A DNA stretch of 64,000 bases, taken from contig BCKQ01000001.1 of NCBI GenBank assembly GCA_001600695.1, positions 1,343,950 to 1,407,949 of the forward strand, in the 5' to 3' direction. Under the pieces are notes generated by a model. It worked only from the letters and a program-made list of their open reading frames with translations, was not told where the DNA came from and searched no databases. Origin of the DNA: Ascoidea asiatica JCM 7603. Taxonomy: Eukaryota; Fungi; Ascomycota. The position numbers and the translations under genes were made by a program. Positions 1 through 11,027 of this stretch are shown in pieces (position 1 is the stretch's first letter; every line of letters starts with the position of its first letter).

Positions 1-225
1 ATATCTTCTTAGTAATAATTAGATATTTCGTTCGAACTACAATCAATATCGAACTTTACTTCAAGGTTCAGAGAACGGGAACTCAGCTGCAGCTCCAAAA
101 AAATTTTTTTTGTTCAAAATATTCATAAAGCTCAGATATTCAAATATTTCTGATCTAGGATTTAAATAAGTATTTTAGATACTTGATTGATAGGAAAACA
201 AAGAAAGAAGCAAATCATAGTAAAT

Positions 226-1022
226 ATGGCAGCTAAGAGTAAAAACAATAATATCAGCAAAAATAGCAGGCGAAGAAAGAAAAGAAGAACTGAAGGTATG
301 TGTTATTTATAATAACTCTAAATATATTGGATTTAAATTTTCATTGCTTTTTATAGATCTAATTTACTAACAAACCATTTCATTTCATAATAGATTTTTC
401 TTCAAGTTCTGAATCTGATAGTAGTTCCTCTGATGATGATAATGACAATGATGATGAAATTAATAAAACCAAAAATATTGATATTGATAATGATATTGAT
501 ATGGAATCTGTTATAAAACAATCCAATAATGAGAATATAGAAAATATACGGTCTGATAAAACTGAATTTAAACTTGATATTTCTCAAGAAGATAGAAAAA
601 AATTTCACATAAATTCATCAATTGGAGATCAATTACCTATAAAAGCCAAAAATCAATTAAATAAAATAAAACTTACTCATTATGATTCTATAAGTAAATC
701 ATCTTTCAATACAGCATCTTTTAAAGCTTTCATGAATGATCAAAATAAAAATTTCAAAACTGAAGTTGATAATTATCTTGATAACAATTATAATGAAAAT
801 GAAGAAGATAATAATGACAAAGAAGAAATAAATTCAAGTAAAAAAGAAGAATTATTAGAACAATACTTAGAACTTGTTATTAATAATTATGCTGATGATT
901 TAGATACTCTAAGACAAAAAAATGATTTTGATAATGATTCAATTACTGTTTTAGCTCAATTATTAAAAGATGGTGGAAATATTTTTAGTTATAAAAATTT
1001 ACAAACTTTAATGCAAAAATGA
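226..1022 (+). CDS. RSA3: Ribosome assembly protein 3; 2 exons (226-295, 394-1022), 232 aa
   Basis: ATG at 226 gives MAAKSKNNNISKNSRRRKKRRTE. The intron splices in frame into the 501..1022 ORF. The RRRKKRRT plus Ser/Asp tract and the C-terminal YADDLDTLRQKNDF...LAQLLKDGGNIF match Rsa3. Confidence 0.85.
296..393 (+). other. Spliceosomal intron of RSA3
   Basis: GTATGT donor at 296, TACTAAC branch at 365-371, TAG acceptor at 391-393; phase-1 join restores the frame. Confidence 0.92.
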
Positions 1023-1188
1023 TATCAATATCTTTTAACTTTAGTAAATATTTATTAAAATCATATATAAAAACTATATAATAATCCATGATTATATAAA
1101 AATGCATATAAAGAACTATATAAAATGAAAGAAAATATGATACAAACCAATAAAATTCAATTAAAACAAAACTAATACCAAAACAAAT

Positions 1189-1212
1189 AAACAAACAAAC
1201 AAACAAACAAAC
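1189..1212. repeat. (AAAC)6 microsatellite
   Basis: Read directly, between convergent RSA3 and URA2. Confidence 0.9.
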
Positions 1213-1688
1213 AATACAAACAATATAAACAAGACAGCAAAAATAGAAAGAAATAATTTACAAAAACGAAATGAAAATCTAATAAAATAACTATATAAAA
1301 AATAATGACATATAATATATGAAAAAAAAATGAAATAAATTACCTTGTTTTTACGTATTTACTACGCACAATTTAAAAAAGAAATACACAATAATTTTTT
1401 TTTTTTTCACCGGTTCTTCAAAGTAATTCTGGGTTTAATTTAAAGTCAATTCACATAAAAATGAACCTTATTAAACTCTAGAATAATCATAAAAAAGACA
1501 AAAAAAAAGGAAAAAAAAAATAAGACAGAAAACAAAAAAGAAATTAAAAATTCAAAGGAGGTTCTGATAAACTTGATACGATATAACAACAGAATAATAA
1601 TAATTTTTGAAACTGCTCTTTTCAAAAGATTTTAATTAAAACTGAATGATTATCCAAAATTTAACAATTTAACAAAAAATTAAACATT

Positions 1689-4600
1689 TCACCAAAAATC
1701 AATTCCAATAACCATAGCTAATAATGCCATTCTAACATATAAACCATACTTCATTTGTCTAAAATATGCTGCCCTTTGATCAAAATCAACTTCTTCTTTG
1801 ATTTCATTAACTCTTGGTAATGGATGCATTATACACATATGTTGTTTAGCATATGATAATAATTTATTATCAATCACATATGAATCTTTGAATTTGGCAT
1901 AATCTGCTTTATTTTCAAATCTTTCTTCCTGAACTCTAGTAATATATAATACATCAGATTCTGCAATAATTGATGGTGTTAATTCTTCTGTTTCTCCAAT
2001 TAAAAGATGCGATGATTCTAATTTATCTTTAATTTTTTCAGGAAGTGCTAATTCTTTTGGTGAAACTAATTGTACTCTAACTTGATAATGTCTTAAAAGT
2101 TGACATAATGAATGAACTGGTCTTCCATATTTAAGATCTCCAACAAATGTAATTGTTAAACCATTAACAGTACCTAATTCTTCTCTAATGGTAAATAAAT
2201 CTAAAAATGCTTGAGTTGGATGTTCTCTTGAACCATTTCCACAATTAATTATAGGAACAGGTGAATATTTAACTGCAATATCAGCAGATTCTTCATCAGG
2301 ATGACGAAGAGCAATTGCATCAGAATATGCAGCTAAAGTTCTAATTGTATCTTGTAATGTTTCTCCTTTCTTAACAGAAGATGAAGCAGCTTTGACTGAA
2401 ACAACCTCTCCTCCTAATCTTTTCATTGCGGCTTCTGTAGAAGTACATGTTCTAGTTGAAGGTTCATAAAACATTGTTGTTAATAATCTTCCTTTTAATA
2501 AATCTAAACATCCTACTCTTTGAACTGATAGTTTCATTTCTTGAGCAACTGAAAATAAAATATGCAAATCAGCTCTATTAAATTGTTTCACGGAAAGAAT
2601 AGATTTTTTCAAAAATGGATTATTACCACGAATAAATGATTGTATTGCACCTGGAGCTGATAACTCATGAGGTAAAGGTAAATATAATAAATCTTTAACA
2701 TCCTTGGTATCATCTTCAAGAATAGCACTATCATCTTCCAAAGAAAATGGCTTACCAAGACCTTCTCTGGGACTAGAAAATGAAAATCTAGATAGTCTTG
2801 GAGATTTGAGGATATCACTCTTGCTCAAACTGACATGCTCGTCTTTCTTAGGATCCATTCTTAAACAATCTGTATCAGTTACTGAAAGATCAATATTCAT
2901 TGCTAATGCCTCTATCAATAACTTAGCACATTTAACATTGGTAACTAATGGAACAGCAAAATCGATCGCCATTCTTCTAGTTCTATAACCTTGCGAAACA
3001 TAATTAGCAGGTCTTCTGAATCTATTAGAAGAAGGTAAATTGATATACAAATCAATAAGGTTATTACCTAAATGATCTGTTAATGAATATTCCGAAACAT
3101 CATTTTCAATTTCAAGGAAATTAATAGGTATTTCATGTTCATGGTAAAAATTGTATGTACCGGCAGTACCAAATAGTTTGTAACCTAATTTAGCCAAAGT
3201 TTTAATAAAAGGTAATAATTCGGTTTTTTCTTTATAGGAACCAATACTTAAAAGAATATTCTTCTTTGGAAGAGATAAACCAGAGGCAACAAAAGCTTTA
3301 AGATATGCTTCATATTGATTTTTAGCAATTGAAGCAACTTCACCAGTTGAGGCCATTTCAACACCCAAAATTGGATCTGCTCCAGACAATCTGGAAAAGG
3401 AGAATTGAGGAACTTTAATACCAACATAATCATCTGGAAGTTTTTTATTTGGATAAGCTTTTACAGGTAAACCAACAATTGCTTTAGTAGCCATTTCAAT
3501 TAAATCAGTTCCAACAATTTTGGAAACAAAAGGAAAAGATCTTGCAGCTCTAACATTACATTCAATAACCTTAATAACATCGTCTTTTGCAATAAATTGA
3601 ATATTCATTGGACCTGTAATTTGTAATGCCTCAGCAATTTTGGCAGTTGCAACAACAATTTTTGCGACAGTATGTTTGGATAAATCTTGAGGAGGACATA
3701 CTAAAGTAGCATCACCAGAATGAACACCTGCATTTTCAACATGCTCGGAAACAACATGCATAATCAATTTACCATCATTAGCAACTGCATCCATTTCAAT
3801 TTCTTTGGCATTTTCAATAAATTTGGTTATAACAACTGGATAATCACGATTTATAGCAGCTGCTTCCTGTAAGAAAGTAGCTAATTGTTCTGGGGAATAA
3901 GAAACATTCATAGCTGCACCACTAAGAACATAAGAAGGTCTAACTAAGACTGGATAACTAACTTTTGCAGCAAATCCTTTTGCCTCTTCCACAGAAGTAA
4001 GTTCTTTCCACAGAGGTTGATCAACTCCAATTGAATCAAGCATACGACTAAACTTATAACGATTTTCAGCAGAATCAATGTTTTCAGGATTAGTACCCAA
4101 AATTTTAACATTTTGTCTATATAAGGTTAAAGCGATATTGTTTGAGGTTTGACCTCCCATAGAAATAACAACACCAGAAGAGTGTTCTAACTCGTAAATA
4201 TCAAGAACTCTTTCTAAATTGATTGTTTCGAAATATAATCTATCAGCTTCATCATAATCGGTAGAAACAGTTTCTGGATTATAGTTAATCATAACTGTTT
4301 TAAAACCTTGATCTCTTAAAGTTCTTATAGCTCTTACTGCACACCAATCAAATTCAACTGAAGAACCGATTCTGTAAACACCACTTCCTAAAACAATTAC
4401 TCCATTATCATTAAATTTAAGATCACTAGTGTTAGCATTATAAGTGATATAAAGATAATTGGTATGACATGGAAATTCCGCAGCAACAGTGTCAATTTGC
4501 TTAACAAATGGGGTAATTCCTAATTCTTTTCTTAATGTTCTGATAAAAATTTCATTTGAATTTAAAAATTTTGCAATTTGTCTATCTTCGAAACCTAATT

Positions 4601-7367
4601 GTTTAGCTGCTCTGAAAATACCTACTGGTAAATTTTCTTTGATTTTATAAGAGGCGATCTTATTACCAAACTTAATTAAAAAATCAAGTTTATTCAAAAA
4701 CCATTTATCTATTTTTGTTAATTCCCAAATTTTATTAACAGAGTATCCTGTTGATAATGCATTTGCAATTGCAAATAATCTCTGATCAGAAGGTGTTTGC
4801 AATTCAGTGTCTATATCAATTGACATCAAAGCTTGAGTTTGGTTAAAACCAATATTATGTTCATCTGTTGATCTGATAGCTTTCTGTATGGCTTCTTCAA
4901 ATGTACGACCAATAGCCATAACTTCACCAACTGATTTCATCGAACTACTTAAAGAACTTGAGACTCGAGTAAATTTTTTCAAATCCCATCTTGGAATTTT
5001 CACAACAAGATAATCAAGAGAAGGTTCAAAACAGGAATATGTGGATTGAGTAACAGAATTTTTAATTGAGGTTAAAGGAATATTAAGACCAAGTTTAGCA
5101 GCAGTATATGCTAAAGGATAACCAGTGGCTTTTGAAGCTAAAGCAGATGAACGAGATAAACGAGCATTAACTTCAATAATACAATATTCTTTTGAAAATG
5201 GATTTAAAGCATATTGAATATTACATTCACCTACAACCCCCAAATGTCTAATAACATTGACAGCTGTTCTTCTAAGCATCATATAATCATCATTCGATAA
5301 GGTTTGAGAAGGTGCAACGACAATTGAATCACCTGTATGGATACCTAATGGATCAAAATTTTCCATGTTACAAACAGTAATACAGTTATCAAAAGCATCT
5401 CTAACTACTTCATATTCAATTTCTTTCCAACCTTTCATGGATCTTTCAACTAAAACTTGAGGAGAAGTGGCAAATGCCTTTTCACATAAATCAGTTAATT
5501 CTTTTTCATTTTCAGCAAAACCTGAACCTAAACCACCAAGAGCATAAGCAGCTCTGACAATAACAGGAAATCCTATATCTCTTACAGCATCCAAAGCTTC
5601 TTGAATAGATGAAGCTGTAGATGAACGAGCACATTTTTCTCCAATTGAATCCATAGATCTAGCAAATAATTCACGATCTTCAGTGGTAATAATAGTATCA
5701 ATTGGTGTACCAAGAACCTTAACACCTAAGGATTCAAATTCGTCTTTCAATTGAACACCTACATTAAGAGCAGTTTGACCACCAAATGTGCAATAAATCG
5801 AATCTGGTTTTTCTTTAAGGATAACCTTTCTTACAAACTCTGGAGTGACAGGTAAAAAGTAAACTTTATCTGCTAAACCTTGAGAAGTTTGAATAGTTGC
5901 AATATTTGGATTTATAAGGATGGTATAAATACCTTCTTCTTTTAAAGCCTTAATAGCTTGAGAACCAGAATAATCAAATTCACCAGCTTGGCCAATAGAT
6001 AAACCACCAGATCCAAGAACTAAACATTTTTTGGTTTTAACTAAAGGATGTTTCAAAGTATTTTCTACTAAATTTCCACCTGGAAATTCAACAGCTTTCT
6101 TGATTCCATTGATTGAAGATAATATAGAATCAATAAAAACATCAAATAAAAATTCGGCATCAGTTGGACCTGGAGCAGATTCAGGATGAAATTGAACAGA
6201 AAAAAATGGTTTACTTTTATGATAAATACCTTCGTTTGACCCATCATTACTATTAACAAATAATTCTTCCCATCCATTGATTAAAGTTGATTTGTCAACT
6301 GCAAAACCATGATTTTGAGAGGTAATATAACATTTTCCAGAAATTGTTGAAGTACAAGGAATATTTTGACCTCTATTACCAAATTTTAACTTAAGAGTTT
6401 TAGCACCAGCAGCTCTAGCAATTAATTGATGACCAAGACAAATACCAAATATTGGAGTCTTTTCTTCTTTTAAAGCTTGAGACAAATTGGATATAGTTTC
6501 GTTTAAAAATTGAGGATCACCTGGTCCATTGGAAACAAATAAACCATCATAATTTTCACTTAAGAAATCATAATCATAAGGTACAACTTTTAATTCGATA
6601 CCTCTTTTAACAAAACATCTAATTTGATTATATTTCATACCTGTGTCAATAGCTAAAACTCTAATAGGTTTTTGAGTTCTTGGGTTTTTTAAAACAGAAA
6701 CTGAACTTGGAGGATAATAAGTTTTAGGCTCCTTGATTGAAACTTTTGCAACAAGATTTTGAAGATTTGGATCAATCCAATCCGGAATATTATAAGAAGA
6801 TCTCCAACTTTCGTTTAAAGCTATTGGAATTTCAATATTATCAATTGGATAATTGATTCTACCTAGCATTGAACCAGAATCTCTAATATGTTTAGTTAAA
6901 GCTCTAGTATCAATACCATAGATTGCGGGAACATTTTGTTCTTTTAACCATTGACCTAGAGAAGAAGAAGCTAAATAATGAGAATAATCTTCAGTATAAT
7001 GAGCAACAACTAAACCTGCTACATGAATTCTATTTGATTCAAAATACTTGGGTAATGAATTCACTATATCATCTAATTTTTTTCTATCAGGAACACCATA
7101 ATTACCAATTAATGGATAAGTGAATACTAAAATTTGACCTTCATAAGATGGATCTGTTAATGCTTCTGGGTAACCAACCATATTTGTTGAGAAAACCAAC
7201 TCACCAGCAGCTGGCTTTGGTGCACCGAATGAATAACCAGATAAAGTTGTACCATCTTTTAATTCAAGAACCGTCAACTTATCTTGCTCATGTAATTGTG
7301 GACTTATAACATTAGATGGAATATCAGCGTCTGTGGCGAGAGATGAAGAAGAAGCAGATTTGGACAT
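1689..7367 (-). CDS. URA2: Multifunctional glutamine amidotransferase / carbamoyl-phosphate synthetase / aspartate transcarbamylase, lacking the pseudo-DHOase domain; 1892 aa
   Basis: GATase FGICLGHQ and QFHPE; [20 protein letters not shown] and [16 protein letters not shown]; MGS domain; ATCase EPSTRT, HPTQ and HPLP. Confidence 0.97.
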   Translation of the reverse strand: MSKSASSSSLATDADIPSNVISPQLHEQDKLTVLELKDGTTLSGYSFGAPKPAAGELVFSTNMVGYPEALTDPSYEGQILVFTYPLIGNYGVPDRKKLDDIVNSLPKYFESNRIHVAGLVVAHYTEDYSHYLASSSLGQWLKEQNVPAIYGIDTRALTKHIRDSGSMLGRINYPIDNIEIPIALNESWRSSYNIPDWIDPNLQNLVAKVSIKEPKTYYPPSSVSVLKNPRTQKPIRVLAIDTGMKYNQIRCFVKRGIELKVVPYDYDFLSENYDGLFVSNGPGDPQFLNETISNLSQALKEEKTPIFGICLGHQLIARAAGAKTLKLKFGNRGQNIPCTSTISGKCYITSQNHGFAVDKSTLINGWEELFVNSNDGSNEGIYHKSKPFFSVQFHPESAPGPTDAEFLFDVFIDSILSSINGIKKAVEFPGGNLVENTLKHPLVKTKKCLVLGSGGLSIGQAGEFDYSGSQAIKALKEEGIYTILINPNIATIQTSQGLADKVYFLPVTPEFVRKVILKEKPDSIYCTFGGQTALNVGVQLKDEFESLGVKVLGTPIDTIITTEDRELFARSMDSIGEKCARSSTASSIQEALDAVRDIGFPVIVRAAYALGGLGSGFAENEKELTDLCEKAFATSPQVLVERSMKGWKEIEYEVVRDAFDNCITVCNMENFDPLGIHTGDSIVVAPSQTLSNDDYMMLRRTAVNVIRHLGVVGECNIQYALNPFSKEYCIIEVNARLSRSSALASKATGYPLAYTAAKLGLNIPLTSIKNSVTQSTYSCFEPSLDYLVVKIPRWDLKKFTRVSSSLSSSMKSVGEVMAIGRTFEEAIQKAIRSTDEHNIGFNQTQALMSIDIDTELQTPSDQRLFAIANALSTGYSVNKIWELTKIDKWFLNKLDFLIKFGNKIASYKIKENLPVGIFRAAKQLGFEDRQIAKFLNSNEIFIRTLRKELGITPFVKQIDTVAAEFPCHTNYLYITYNANTSDLKFNDNGVIVLGSGVYRIGSSVEFDWCAVRAIRTLRDQGFKTVMINYNPETVSTDYDEADRLYFETINLERVLDIYELEHSSGVVISMGGQTSNNIALTLYRQNVKILGTNPENIDSAENRYKFSRMLDSIGVDQPLWKELTSVEEAKGFAAKVSYPVLVRPSYVLSGAAMNVSYSPEQLATFLQEAAAINRDYPVVITKFIENAKEIEMDAVANDGKLIMHVVSEHVENAGVHSGDATLVCPPQDLSKHTVAKIVVATAKIAEALQITGPMNIQFIAKDDVIKVIECNVRAARSFPFVSKIVGTDLIEMATKAIVGLPVKAYPNKKLPDDYVGIKVPQFSFSRLSGADPILGVEMASTGEVASIAKNQYEAYLKAFVASGLSLPKKNILLSIGSYKEKTELLPFIKTLAKLGYKLFGTAGTYNFYHEHEIPINFLEIENDVSEYSLTDHLGNNLIDLYINLPSSNRFRRPANYVSQGYRTRRMAIDFAVPLVTNVKCAKLLIEALAMNIDLSVTDTDCLRMDPKKDEHVSLSKSDILKSPRLSRFSFSSPREGLGKPFSLEDDSAILEDDTKDVKDLLYLPLPHELSAPGAIQSFIRGNNPFLKKSILSVKQFNRADLHILFSVAQEMKLSVQRVGCLDLLKGRLLTTMFYEPSTRTCTSTEAAMKRLGGEVVSVKAASSSVKKGETLQDTIRTLAAYSDAIALRHPDEESADIAVKYSPVPIINCGNGSREHPTQAFLDLFTIREELGTVNGLTITFVGDLKYGRPVHSLCQLLRHYQVRVQLVSPKELALPEKIKDKLESSHLLIGETEELTPSIIAESDVLYITRVQEERFENKADYAKFKDSYVIDNKLLSYAKQHMCIMHPLPRVNEIKEEVDFDQRAAYFRQMKYGLYVRMALLAMVIGIDFW

Positions 7368-8573
7368 TTTATAATTTTTTTTTTTATTATTTTTGTTTAT
7401 TTTTAATATATTTTTGTTAGAATATTGGTATTAATCAAAAAAGATAAAAAAATGAATATGAAATTTTGAAAAAAAGTATTTAAGTAAACAAATTTTCTCT
7501 TTTTGGAATATTAATTATTAACCTGTTTAAAAATTGAGCAGTAATTTTTCAGCAGGTAAGCAGTTTATTATAACAGTATTTCTAAAGTTTTTTTTGATTA
7601 TATCAGTAAGAAACAATAATTCTAACAAAATTAACAAAAAAATAAACAAAAAAAATAAATAAAATAAAGAAAAAAATAAAATAAAGATATTCAAAATCAA
7701 ATAAAGGTAGGAAAATTTTTCTCTTTTTATCAAGATAAATGAGTTGTCGAGCTTTTGAAATTTTTTTGGGTTTTCTAAATTTTTGGTGAGGAGCTATGAT
7801 GTGATCTTGTAGGGTAACGGTCAGCTCATTGCTTGCTTAATAGAACAGAATATTAAATAAACCGAAATACGGCAGATTGAAATTGTCAGCCATTGAAAAA
7901 AAAAATTGCTAAAAAATCGTAAAAAAAAATGTGGATTGAGTAATAAAATGGGCCAAAAAGTCTGGAATTGAAAAAAAATTAAATAAAATTATCTTCTCGT
8001 ACAAGATTTTATGATTTCGACTAAATCTCAGTGAAACAATGCAAGACATGTTACTTAATAGGAATCATATTCTGTAAACAACACAATTTATTGTGGGGCT
8101 TTATTTTTTCCATATTATATCCCCTGGGTATTGAAATATTTTCTTTTGGATTAAATCACTGCGTTGTCTTTAGTTGATATTGCAGATAAAAATATTGGGT
8201 GTGGTGTTTAGCAAGTTTCGCCCCAATAATCTTACAAGCACACGTCTGTAATCAAATGCATTTAGCCGTATATGGCTTTGCGTCAAGTGTTTTATTTTGA
8301 ACCCGCAGATTTGTTTGTACCCCGAATATATCGCTGGGACCTTTTTGGCATCTGACGTTGTCCTAGACCCCTACAGTTCCTAAAACCTTTGTATTATTGT
8401 GTACAGTAACGTTACTGTATTTGCAAGTGAAACTACTCTCAATAACTAAAAACTTAACGTTATGGAAATAAAATCTGATTATTTTAACTATTAGATTTAT
8501 TATAGATTTTTCAAATCATTTTTATATAGAATTCCATTTTTAAGTCTTTCTTTGAACAATCTCATTATTGAAT

Positions 8574-8939
8574 ATGGCTTTCAAATCAAGATATCAAAAA
8601 ACTGCCAATTCTTCATTGAAATTTTGTTTTTCAGAGCTATGTAAATACCTTTTCTTAACTATAGTGGTGGTCATAATTTTAAAAGAATTTACAATACATG
8701 ATGATTTCAACTTAATGCAAATTTCAAGCTTTCAAAGGTTTTTGGCATCTCTTTCAAGAAATTTTTCTCTTGGCTTCAATAACTTTGAAAAAAATGATAT
8801 ACTTGATAATGTCAATGGGAAAATTTTTTTAAAAACTACTCAAAAGCCACCTAGCAATTTTCAAATGGAGTTCAAAACAAGTGCTTTTATACTAGCTAGT
8901 ATAGCTATCGGCTTCTCAGTTTTACTATCTATAACGTGA
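8574..8939 (+). CDS. Candidate orphan small membrane protein, 121 aa
   Basis: ATG in AATATGG context; two hydrophobic segments (YLFLTIVVVIIL; AFILASIAIGFSVLLSIT); ends about 90 bp from the SAS2 stop. No recognisable homology. Confidence 0.35.
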   Translation: MAFKSRYQKTANSSLKFCFSELCKYLFLTIVVVIILKEFTIHDDFNLMQISSFQRFLASLSRNFSLGFNNFEKNDILDNVNGKIFLKTTQKPPSNFQMEFKTSAFILASIAIGFSVLLSIT

Positions 8940-9026
8940 ATTTTACAATATAATTGGTAAACTTCTTTTCTTCATACTTCACAATATTAATTTACAATAG
9001 TATTATACATTACATATCAATTATAA

Positions 9027-10637
9027 TTAGTCTAGAATTAAACAACTTTCGTCTAAAATTTTATCCATATCAATATTATTTTCTTTCACCCATTCGCCAA
9101 TATTTCCTTTCATAATAGTTATAGTACTTGTTAATTTTGTACTTAAGTTTTTCTCATTTTCATTATTACTATTTTCTGATTTTCTTTCAGAAATTTTAGA
9201 ATAATTTTTAACTAGGCAATTCATAAACTCTAATGTTATTAATATATCATCACTCCTAAAGCCTGTAAATCTTGATATCTCATTTATTGATATATCTTCA
9301 ACGTTAGAAAACCTTCCAGTTAAAAATTCCCTGGCTAATACGCTTGACCAATATTTTATGTAACCGATTTTACCGAATGAACTTAATGGATGTTCAGGTC
9401 CGCTAATAATCCCTTGAAATTTGGATAATGCATATGAAAAAGAAATAAGCAAAGTGCCTAATTTTTTTCTTTGATATAGTGGAAAGACACAAATACAAGC
9501 TAAATTATTTTCATCCCACGATATGAGCTCTTTGGAAAAAAATCCCATTGGTCGCCATTTTCCATCTTGCAATTTTGAATAAACAACATAGAACTCAAAT
9601 TGTTCAACATGGAAAAAAATTGATTTAGTATCTAAAAATAATTTTCCAAATAAGCAAAGACATTGGCAAAACAAAGGATATTTGGAACCTCTTACTTTTC
9701 GTATAACACAGTTTCTCTTATCATCTTTATACTTAATTTTCCCAGGTAAATTTTTTTGAAAAGTACATATTTCTCTGTGCTTTGATAGAAATTCTTCGTT
9801 ATTTGTATACTTAAAGCAATAATCGCATACATATAAAGTATCAAGCCAATAACTAATATCATTTGCATTTTGTTTTGTATTTTTATAATCGCCAGCACTT
9901 CCATTAGCACCATTTTCAATTAAATTTTCTTTATGTTTAGTACAACTATTTTCATCCATTGGGTCTTGGATATCAATCAGTTCATCTACAGATTTGTTAA
10001 TCTGAACCATACCGCCAATTTCACCACCTGAAGCATTTTGCAATTTTTTATCTACAATTTTGTTTTCAATAGCCGCGTCATCTTTTTCATTATTTTCTTT
10101 TGCAATGGACTTATTTTCTAAAACAGAATCATTTAATTTTTTATCATCTTTGCTATTTTCATTATTTTCATCAACAACCAATTTATTGCTTTTATCAATT
10201 TTTTCTTGATTACTTCCATCATCAGTAGCCTCAAGTCTTTTATTTGCAATCGCTGGAAGTGCTTTCAGCCCATTTCTTCTTAGATACTTTTTGATTTTCT
10301 TTTTACTTTTACTTCTATTCCGCGTATTCTTTGTGTTTTTAGGAATCTGAAGCTTATTATCTGATTGAGCAGAGTGTAATCTATTTTCACCAATATCACT
10401 ACTATTTTGATTACTCCCAAAAGCATTACAATTTCCATTATTCTGCTTTACTAGCTCGTATCTATAAACATAATCATATCCAAGAGTTTTTTTGTCTTTA
10501 CCAAAGTACATTGAACAACCATACCATGTATCAAACTGATTGTCACCAAAAACCACACTTCTTATATTTCGATGCTGTAAAACCCCATATAAATCTTCTT
10601 CTTCTTCTTCCTCACTCTCCCGCTCCCGTTTAACCAT
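9027..10637 (-). CDS. SAS2: MYST-family histone acetyltransferase, 536 aa (ATG at 10637)
   Basis: C2HC finger CDYCFKY...H...C; CQCLCLFGKLFLDTKS; GFFSKE; NNLACICVFPLYQRKKLG; SGPEHPLS. Divergent from ECM16 as in S. cerevisiae. Confidence 0.9.
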   Translation of the reverse strand: MVKRERESEEEEEEDLYGVLQHRNIRSVVFGDNQFDTWYGCSMYFGKDKKTLGYDYVYRYELVKQNNGNCNAFGSNQNSSDIGENRLHSAQSDNKLQIPKNTKNTRNRSKSKKKIKKYLRRNGLKALPAIANKRLEATDDGSNQEKIDKSNKLVVDENNENSKDDKKLNDSVLENKSIAKENNEKDDAAIENKIVDKKLQNASGGEIGGMVQINKSVDELIDIQDPMDENSCTKHKENLIENGANGSAGDYKNTKQNANDISYWLDTLYVCDYCFKYTNNEEFLSKHREICTFQKNLPGKIKYKDDKRNCVIRKVRGSKYPLFCQCLCLFGKLFLDTKSIFFHVEQFEFYVVYSKLQDGKWRPMGFFSKELISWDENNLACICVFPLYQRKKLGTLLISFSYALSKFQGIISGPEHPLSSFGKIGYIKYWSSVLAREFLTGRFSNVEDISINEISRFTGFRSDDILITLEFMNCLVKNYSKISERKSENSNNENEKNLSTKLTSTITIMKGNIGEWVKENNIDMDKILDESCLILD

Positions 10638-11027
10638 TGTAAAAAAAAATATCAATTAGAAGTAATTATTTTTATATCATTATTATTTTTTGCATTTCGG
10701 TGTCTAGGCTACTACCAAAACTTGAATTAAATGGTGTCTTATTATGAATTTTTGCTTTAAATAAAGCGTTTGATAATGTTTATAGCTTTTTTACCGGTTA
10801 ACAATATTGACATTTGCAAATGTCATCTGAAGTGATTGAATGCATTAAAAAAAACAGACCCGCATCACTGGCTTTCAACGAATTTTTTTATTTTTCAGTT
10901 TAAAATCTATAAAATTTATTTTTAAATTTTGTTGACTTGAAATATTTCAATTTCAATTTTTGTATACTTGATTAATTATAAAATTAAAATATATTTCAAA
11001 GCAATATAATTAAATCATAAATCAATT

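Noticed and set aside
7500-7900. URA2 5'-UTR intron or T-rich attenuation element as in S. cerevisiae
   Set aside because: The minus strand has TACTGAT and a TAG acceptor at 7582 but no convincing donor. T-rich leaders occur before many genes here.
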